A stretch of 64,000 nt of DNA from Eledone cirrhosa. Taxonomy: Eukaryota. Each line of letters starts with the position of its first letter. The stretch's first letter is position 1. The stretch covers positions 49,414,001 to 49,478,000 of the forward strand of contig OZ024746.1 of assembly GCA_964016885.1 (NCBI GenBank), in the 5' to 3' direction. Shown piece after piece: positions 56,670 to 64,000 of the stretch. A program made the translations under genes and the position numbers. The notes under the pieces were generated by a model that did not search any database, was not told where the DNA came from, and saw nothing but the letters and a program-made list of their open reading frames with translations.

Positions 56670-56930
56670 GTGATTCGGAGAATTAGCGGCTCTACCTCAA
56701 GTGACTCTATGATCTCTAGGCTACACACTCTATCGAGTAACATTACAAAGACCCTACCGAGGAATCCCATTTCGGTCGCTTATATTTGCGATCGTATTCT
56801 TTCGGTCATTAGCCAAGATTTATGACCATAGGTAAGGGTTGGCACGAATACCGAATTGAAGATGGCGAAACACGCTTTTACATCCACCTCCCTTTTTCTG
56901 ATTAGCAAATTCTGAAGCTGGCGTATTACA
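56670..56930 (-). pseudogene. RTE-clade LINE RT C-terminal fragment
   Basis: IFNSVFVPTLTYGHKSWLMTERIRSQI*ATEMGFL...DRV...LEVEPL matches the RTE/Expander pattern PTLTYGHE.W.MTER..SRIQAAEM.FL. Confidence 0.8.
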
Positions 56931-57119
56931 AATCTAGAGATAAGTTGGAAATAAATAAGTGGCTTGTAAATTCTCATGGCTTTGAAATAATGATCTTGTA
57001 ATTCAAATAACTAGATAACACGTTATATAACACAGAGAAATGATTTAGGGAAGTAGTTCCTGAGGCTCCTTGAGAGCATTTTATAACATATTAATCATTG
57101 GGTTCCAGCATGATATGTC

Positions 57120-57197
<78 letters not shown>

Positions 57198-57229
57198 TAT
57201 ATACACACACGTATATATATACACACGCC

Positions 57230-57298
<69 letters not shown>

Positions 57299-57367
57299 AA
57301 AAAGGGATGAAATCGAAAATGCAACTGAAGTCTTATTTTTTTTAAAAATATATATATTTATTTGGTT

Positions 57368-57405
57368 CCTTTACCGGTTTCGCAGTTCTTCTGCTTTTCA
57401 AAAGG
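57368..57405 (-). ncRNA. Type I hammerhead, U3-A8 core variant, in PLE 3' pLTR
   Basis: Minus strand: CCTT-TTGAAAA-GCAG/AAGAA/CTGC-GAAAC-CG-GTA-AAGG, then AATAAA. Confidence 0.78.
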
Positions 57406-57914
57406 TGAGTTGAGATGGAGGGTCTGTGGTTTTTCTCACATCTGGTTGGTCTCTAAATGTTACTTGTTTTATATGGAAAAAGTGGCTCGAAAACCAGGTT
57501 TTTCGAGAAGTAATTTGATTGGTTTGTCAATAATTATAATAAATTTCGCGCCAGTTCGCGTTACAATAGTTCTTCAAATAAGAGAGGGGGGGTTGTCACA
57601 GGTTGTTTTTTCATATATGAGTGTTTGAATTTCTTTTTACTTGAAAAAATGAGGCTCACGAAGGCTTTTTTTTGGTTGGTTATAAATGAAATTTGGCTGT
57701 CACGTGAACAAGTTTTCATTACATTTTTGCGCCCTTATTTGGAAAACTATTCTGTAGTCTTTATAGTGAATGTTATGACAATGGAGAGATAGTGGTCAAG
57801 GGAAAAGGGATTGGGAGAAATGTTCTGGTTCAGTGAATATGGCCAGCTGTCAGAGTTCAGGTGTCAGAGTTCAGATTTTCTATTGAGACTGAAGATATGT
57901 GTTTATTTGTGTGC

Positions 57915-57950
<36 letters not shown>

Positions 57951-58430
57951 ATGTGTGTATTGGAAGATGATTCTATTAGTAGAGATGGGGGAGGGAGTTG
58001 TGTGTTATGTGTGTGTGTGCGAGTATGTTAGATAGAGAGAATATATATTTTGTGTGTGTGTATATATATATGTGTGTAGGAAAGTGGTTCTATTAGTAGA
58101 AATGGGGAGGTTGTTGTAGGTGTGGGGGTTGTTATGTGTATGTATGGGTGTTATGTGTGTGAGAGTATGGTTAGCATGTTAAGATGAAGAGAATATATAT
58201 ATATATATATATATATATTGTGTGTGTGTGTATGTGTGTGTGTAGGAAAATGATTCCTTTAGTAGGAATATTTTTGAATGAACATATTTTCCTGACTTTT
58301 TCGTGTTTGCTATTGTATTGCCAGTGCAAACGTATGTTTAAGGTTTATTTAGTTCGGATTTTTATTTTCTAAAGTAGAAGGTGTTATGTGTGTGTGTGTA
58401 TGTCATATTGTGGTGTTGACATAATGTATA

Positions 58431-59090
58431 TTAAACCTTATTTAATGTTGGTCTATATTTTTGAATAAACATATTTTCCTTATTTATTCGCATTTGTTCT
58501 GTTGTATTGTTAACGCAAAGGTAAAATGGGAAGACTTGGAATTTGGGTGTCTTATTACTTGCGCAAATGTCTAGATATGCACTTAGTGGTATCTGTCTCG
58601 TGGTTGGATCTCGTAATTGTTGGCGATGAACTGTCATTCTGTTTCTGAGTGTGAGTTTAGTTTGTCCTATATAATCTTCATTGCATCCTTTACATTTAAT
58701 GGCATAAATTAGATTTTTTGATGAGCAAGTGAAGTGATTTTTTACAGTAAAATTTTGTCCTGATTTAAATGTATACGTGTTGCCTTCAATGAGGTGAGTG
58801 CAGGTTCCACAATTAGAGCGACCACATTTTTTGATACTTGGTTGTGGGTTTGTGGTAGGTAATTTGGCATTGGTGAGTAATGTTTTCAGTGATTTTGGTT
58901 GTCTTTTGCTTTTGATTATTTTGTGTGTTTCAAGGGCTTTTTTCATTCTTGGGTTTTGTTTTAGTAGTGGGATGTTATTGTGAATAGTGTTGTAAGCTTC
59001 CGCATTTCTTGGGTTGTGTGTTGAGATATATGATAGAATATTGGACGTACCTTGAATTTGTTTCTGTTTCCGTAATTCATCAATGCCTAT
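58431..59090 (-). pseudogene. PLE RT-thumb/linker plus GIY-YIG endonuclease C-terminal fragment
   Basis: Frame open from 59090: ...YISTHNPRN...RQPKSLK...CGRSNCGTCTH...NLIYAIKCKGCNEDYIGQT...RMTVHRQQ...E..FIQKYRPTLN. Confidence 0.92.
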
Positions 59091-59208
59091 TGAACCAGAC
59101 CATTTCTCCCAATCCCTTTTCCCTTGACCACTATCTCTCCATTGTCATAACATTCACTATAAAGACTACAGAATAGTTTTCCAAATAAGGGCGCAAAAAT
59201 GTAGTTGA

Positions 59209-59686
59209 AGATAGTTGAACGTTCGAAAGTATATACTTTCCTTGTACGTCTGTATACATATATGTATGTACGTATACATACATACTTACATTTAAGTAAG
59301 TGCCATACTAAGAGTGAGAAATGAAATTTCGTTTTCATTTTTTTCAACTTATCGTTTTCGGTATGCCTGACCGATTTAACTCACTCAATATGCAAATTAG
59401 GCTGCTCAGCCGTTAATTTTCATAAGGAAAGTATATACTTTCGAACGTTCAACTATCTGGCAGATGGGTAAACGGTGCTGATGATAGCTAACAAGCTTGA
59501 AACTAGTACATCGTTCCTGTGTCAGTGTTGAACAAAAAGGTGACGTGGTTGCCTTAACACCGTATGGCATAAATTCAGGCTGTTCGCTTTGTTGACAAAC
59601 AAACGAACAAAGCGGCCGGCGTTATAATAAACGTCGGCTAAACTGATGCGTGCATATATGTATGTGTACCTGTATGCATATGTGTA

Positions 59687-59735
<49 letters not shown>

Positions 59736-59811
59736 ATATATATATATATATATATGCATGCTACTGTACGTCTGTATACATATATGTATGTACGTATACA
59801 TACATACTTAC

Positions 59812-59816
<5 letters not shown>
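59209..59816 (+). mobile_element. Second, diverged copy of the retrozyme-like family (522-bp unit)
   Basis: 59243-59294 repeated at 59765-59816; 59209-59243 is the reverse complement of 59424-59458. Shares the octamer, TAATTTTCATA, GATGGGTAAA and hammerhead layout with 13584-14318. Confidence 0.8.
59471..59515 (+). ncRNA. Type I hammerhead ribozyme (minimal stem III, GUA site)
   Basis: AACGGTG-CTGATGA-TAGCT/AACA/AGCTT-GAAAC-TA-GTA-CATCGTT; U.U mismatch at the base of stem II. Confidence 0.82.
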
Positions 59817-59851
<35 letters not shown>

Positions 59852-59899
59852 ATAAAATGACAGGAGGCTGGATTTGTGTAAATCCTTGAAAGGTTTATT

Positions 59900-59957
59900 A
59901 TACTATGATCATTTCAATGACCGGGTTCCGTATGAATCCGGTGATATCATCAGGTAT
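59900..59957 (-). ncRNA. Type I hammerhead ribozyme (PLE pLTR type)
   Basis: Minus strand: ATAC-CTGATGA-[TATCACCGG...CCGGTCATT]-GAAAT-GATC-ATA-GTAT then AATAAA; palindromic TGATCA in stem III. Confidence 0.75.
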
Positions 59958-60090
59958 TCGAAATATAATAAGTGAATGTAATAGATAAAATCCATGGGGC
60001 TGAAAATCAAGGACCCGGGGGCGACTGCCATCCAGCATCTTCTACCTTTGCCGGTCGCCCTCGAGTGACGTGGCTGAAGCTTACAGTGTG

Positions 60091-60572
60091 CTACTACCGG
60101 TCAAATAAAGGAAAACAGAAAGGGATGGGAACATAAGTTAGCGTTAATATCATGCCACAAGAAAAAAGAAAGAAAGAAAGAAGAGAGAAGAAAGGGGAAG
60201 AAAGAAGAAGAGAAGCCAGGGTTAATGTCAGCTATAAGAAGAAAGACAGAAAGAAAGAGGAGGAAGGGTCGGTATTACAGTCAGGCCAGGATTGTCGCGA
60301 AGAATTTTTTTATTCTAAGGGACCCGTATCTTAACAACTACTACCGGTCAAATATAGGCAAACAAAAAGGGGAAGGAAGATAAGTCAGCGGGAGGAAGAC
60401 AGAAAGAAGGGAGAAGAGAAGGAAGAAAAGGAAGAAGTAGAAAAGTCAGGGTTGATGGCTACAAGAAGAAAGATAGAATGAAAGAGGAAGAAAGGTCGAT
60501 ATTAATGTCAGACTACAGTGAGGCCAGGAGTGGCGCGAAAACAAATTTTCACAGCGACCCGTATCTTAGCAG
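60091..60572. repeat. Diverged 247-bp tandem duplication (purine-rich)
   Basis: CTACTACCGGTCAAATA at 60091 and 60338; both units end GACCCGTATCTTA. Confidence 0.8.
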
Positions 60573-61002
60573 ATAGTGGGGTCAGTGTGTTATAATGTGT
60601 GAGCAGAAGAATGGAACGTTATGTTTTTGTTTCGACTTATGGATGAAGTTAAAAATTAATATTTAATATTAAAGAAATTAGAAAATTTAAAGTTAAACAG
60701 TTTAACATTTTTAAGGTTGCAAGGTTTAGGCAAAGAAAGAGACTTTTATGAAGACACTTAAATTTTATTATAGAGTAAAGATTATGTCTTTGTTTAGCCG
60801 TCAAACAGCATGCGGCGACTACAAGCTTGGGCAGCCCAGCCCATCACTCCGAGTGATATCGCCTAGCGAAAGATATGGAAGTCGATTTTTCCGAGCATCC
60901 TTTACCCAGTTGCTTAAGTAGAGGGAGGCGTGATATATCTAATAGTTCTGATTTGATCTGTAATTTAAAGGTACTATGTGGCGGTTAAAAAACCGGCTGC
61001 GG

Positions 61003-61047
<45 letters not shown>

Positions 61048-61054
<7 letters not shown>

Positions 61055-61475
61055 GTTTGAATATGTATAATAAAGCCAAAACAATGCAGGTATGGACATA
61101 GAATAAAGAATGCAAATGCAAAAGATATTGTTGACAATTAGTCTTTTACCTTAGATTTATTTAAATGTCCTTAATTTTCAAGATAATATCTCTTCTTCAG
61201 AGGGAAATAAATGTCTCAAACCAGCGTTCTAAATATCTTGCCAAGTCATGTTGACAGGAAATTTCCTGTCAGCATGACTTGGCAAGCTATTTAGAACGCT
61301 GGTTTGAGACATTTATTTCCCTCTGAAGAAGAGATATTATCTTGAAAATTAAGGACATTTAAATAAATCTAAGGTAAAAGACTAATTGTCAACAATATCT
61401 TTTGCATTTGCATTCTTTATTCTATGTCCATACCTGCATTGTTTTGGCTTTATTATACATATTCAAATGTTTATA
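61048..61475. repeat. 428-bp spacer-less palindrome
   Basis: Centre GGAAA|TTTCC at 61261/61262; 214-bp arms; 3 mismatches seen. Confidence 0.95.
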
Positions 61476-61513
61476 CCTCATTACACAATGCTTCAAGTGA
61501 ACTATAACCTCCT

Positions 61514-61552
<39 letters not shown>

Positions 61553-61555
<3 letters not shown>

Positions 61556-62632
61556 GGATTTAAATGGATACAGTTTAGTTAAAAGGAATTTATTGACACG
61601 TGTTTCAATAACAGTTACATAACCTGAAAACAGCTGCTATCTACAATGTATTAGTTATGCAGACATTCAATATTTCAATGTTATTATCAACTGTCATTTC
61701 ATCAGAATAATTTTACTGAGGACCTGTTTTGTTTTTATAGAGAATATTAGGAGGGAGGGGTGAAGTTGTTAGAAGAATAGTTGAGGGAGTGGTTTTTTGA
61801 TAGCAGTGAGAATTTTTGGTGGCAGTGAGTAATTAGATTCCCATCTGTTGTTTTGACATTTTTATAGAATATATTATTGGTTATTTTTCTAAATCTATAG
61901 AAGGATTAGAGATAGTATAGATATGCATGGTTGGTTTTGTGTTTGCACTTAATTAACATTCAGACTTAAATTTTTCTTTCAAGTGTACGTATCCTTTAGC
62001 CCACGCATTCACACACAAACATATATGCACACCTCTACAAAATACATATACTCACATACACATACTTACATGCTCATACTTACATACATATACACATGCA
62101 CATATATATATATACATATATATACATATATACATGTACATACATACGCATTCATGTGTATACATTTTCATACTCAACTTATCTTTATATACACACGTAT
62201 AGACACACACATATATACATACATACTCCAGTCTATGTGTATATATATATATATAAACACTTTAATACATGAATACACTTACATCTAACTATACACATCA
62301 AACATATATATATATTTACTTATTTATATACATTTTCACATATATATACATACATATGGTCGCTTTTAGACACACTCATTATAGCATATTCGCACCTATT
62401 CTCATCAGCATATCTTTCCATTATTAGTGTGGTAATTTAAGGTTATTAATATACATATATATGTTGAGAAGAGATTGTTTTTATATTTTTCTAACTAGAT
62501 TGAGGTTTATATAGTTGGGGGGATGTCCCTCTTTTATGTAATATTCAGGTTGTAGTGGGAAAAAAGGGTTTTAGTTCGGTGACGGCAGAATAATGTTCGT
62601 TCAATTCTGTTATTAAGCAATCTCTATGTGTG

Positions 62633-62637
<5 letters not shown>
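61553..62637 (-). mobile_element. PLE 3' remnant (ORF C-terminus + 3' UTR + hammerhead)
   Basis: Minus-strand peptide LNNRIERTLFCRHRTKTLF (~62540-62618) resembles the PLE terminal LNKR.E...CRH motif. Hammerhead and AATAAA lie downstream. Confidence 0.6.
61590..61710 (-). ncRNA. Type I hammerhead with ~90-nt extended stem II
   Basis: Minus strand: TTATT-CTGATGA-AATGACAGTT...AACTGTTATT-GAAAC-ACGT-GTC-AATAA. Perfect stem I and a 10-bp stem II base. Confidence 0.82.
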
Positions 62638-62728
<91 letters not shown>

Positions 62729-62740
62729 CACACATAGAGA
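62621..62740. repeat. Inverted repeat (~17-bp arms) centred on (TA)n
   Basis: TCTCTATGTGTGCTAAT ... ATTAGCACACATAGAGA. Confidence 0.88.
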
Positions 62741-63297
62741 GGCATACACTTATATATAATTTATATATGTGCGTGTGTGGGGGTTGGGTCTGTGTATATT
62801 GAGCAGACTTGACTCCAAGCAAAATGTATAATTAATCATTAATCTTGTTTTCATTTCATAAAGTGAGAATAAATAATAAAATCTTTACATATTTGATTTT
62901 GATTTTCATCTTTTAATTTAGAAATCTTATTTCCAGGAATCATTATAATTTAAAGATTTCAAAATAATTCAAAATATATATGTTGCATGATTTTCTTTTA
63001 TGGTCATATATAATTATGAATATTACTACATACGCTATATTTCATTTAATATATATTATTATATATTATTTTATCTGGTATCACATCATTTAGAGATTAT
63101 CAGTTGAAAGATGAAAAACGTAAAATCTTATTTAAAAATATAATGTTGAATGGGAACGTCATCTTGATTATGATAACTGCAGAGATATATTGATTTGACT
63201 GTCGATGCCCTTAGGTATATATGACAGAGAAATGTAGAATAATACATGAAAACATTTAGAAGATCACCGAGACATCTAGATATCTGCGCATTAAAAC

Positions 63298-63358
<61 letters not shown>

Positions 63359-63612
63359 TGAGGGGTACATATCAAGAATATAGATGAGTAAATGAAAGCA
63401 GATTAGAATATATATATATAGACATTTAATTATAGATGTCTATATATATGCGTGGACATTGAAATATTATGAGAACATGGAAACATCTAAAATGTACGAA
63501 ATGCAGCAAATGACGCGGTACTATTGAAATATATTGAAACATATAGAAATTTATCTTAACTTACAGTCAGGCGAAAGCAAGCGGGGGGCATTGTGGTATG
63601 GTCGTAATTAAT

Positions 63613-63797
63613 TGTTTCTACTTTTGGCACAAGGCCAGCAAATATCCAGTACATTACTGGTACTTTATTTTATCGACCTCGTAAGGATGAAAGGCAAAGT
63701 TAACCTCGGCGGGATTTGAACTCAGATCGTAAAGGGACGTAACTATGCTGGAAAGCATGTCTGTCCCTCTACCGATACTGCCAATTCCCTGCCCTTA
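63613..63797 (-). mobile_element. tRNA-SINE, full length
   Basis: Reverse complement of the 38728/47077 family; 19-bp TSD TGGTATGGT(C/A)GTAATTAAT. Confidence 0.9.
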
Positions 63798-63826
63798 TGG
63801 TATGGTAGTAATTAATATTAAGAATA

Positions 63827-63957
63827 GTTACGTCCCTTTACGATCTGAGTTCAAATCCCGCCGAGGTTGACTTTGCCTTTCATCCTTACGGGGTCGATAA
63901 AATAAAGTACCAGTAATACACTGGGTAATTGCTGGCCTTGTGCCTAAAGTAGAAACA
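63827..63957 (+). mobile_element. tRNA-SINE, 5'-truncated
   Basis: Starts mid-head; 20-bp TSD AGTAATTAATATTAAGAATA (63807-63826 / 63958-63977). Confidence 0.9.
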
Positions 63958-64000
63958 AGTAATTAATATTAAGAATATAAATGAGTAAATGAATGCACAC

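Larger units (their letters stand above)
57293..59203 (-). mobile_element. 5'-truncated Penelope-like element with inverted partial pLTR at its 5' end
   Basis: GIY-YIG ORF end, repeat-rich 3' UTR and terminal hammerhead. 59091-59203 is the reverse complement of 57720-57832. Confidence 0.88.

Noticed and set aside
61318-61360. CTGAAGA...GAAA hammerhead-like string in the second palindrome
   Set aside because: An extra nucleotide precedes stem II and stem I has only 3 bp; not supportable.
60998-62690. TGCGGT(TA)n at both 60998 and ~62683 as a TSD of a composite insertion
   Set aside because: Only about 6 informative bases; could be chance and cannot be established from one locus.

Overview
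Eukaryotic, repeat-dominated window with no recognisable host protein-coding gene. The SINE family and the abundance of (TA)n/(CA)n tracts suggest a cephalopod such as Octopus (inference). Bases 1 to about 42050 are an AT-rich 40-bp satellite with higher-order repeats of about 1352, 2217 and 648 bp. Three insertions interrupt it: a hammerhead-ribozyme element with a 469-bp unit (13584-14318), a young but defective CsRn1-type Ty3/Gypsy LTR element (22031-27535) and a tRNA-SINE. The remainder is microsatellite-rich. It holds a TSD-flanked Tx1/L1-type LINE with an intact ORF2, Penelope-like (PLE) GIY-YIG remnants, SINEs, an RTE fragment and two spacer-less palindromes of about 400 bp. The most notable signal is seven type-I hammerhead ribozyme motifs read by eye. 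Two of them belong to diverged copies of a non-coding, octamer-bearing, circularly permuted retrozyme-like family with covarying stems, and one copy abuts a PLE that may be its mobilising partner. Almost all short ORFs in the track are artefacts of satellite or microsatellite sequence.
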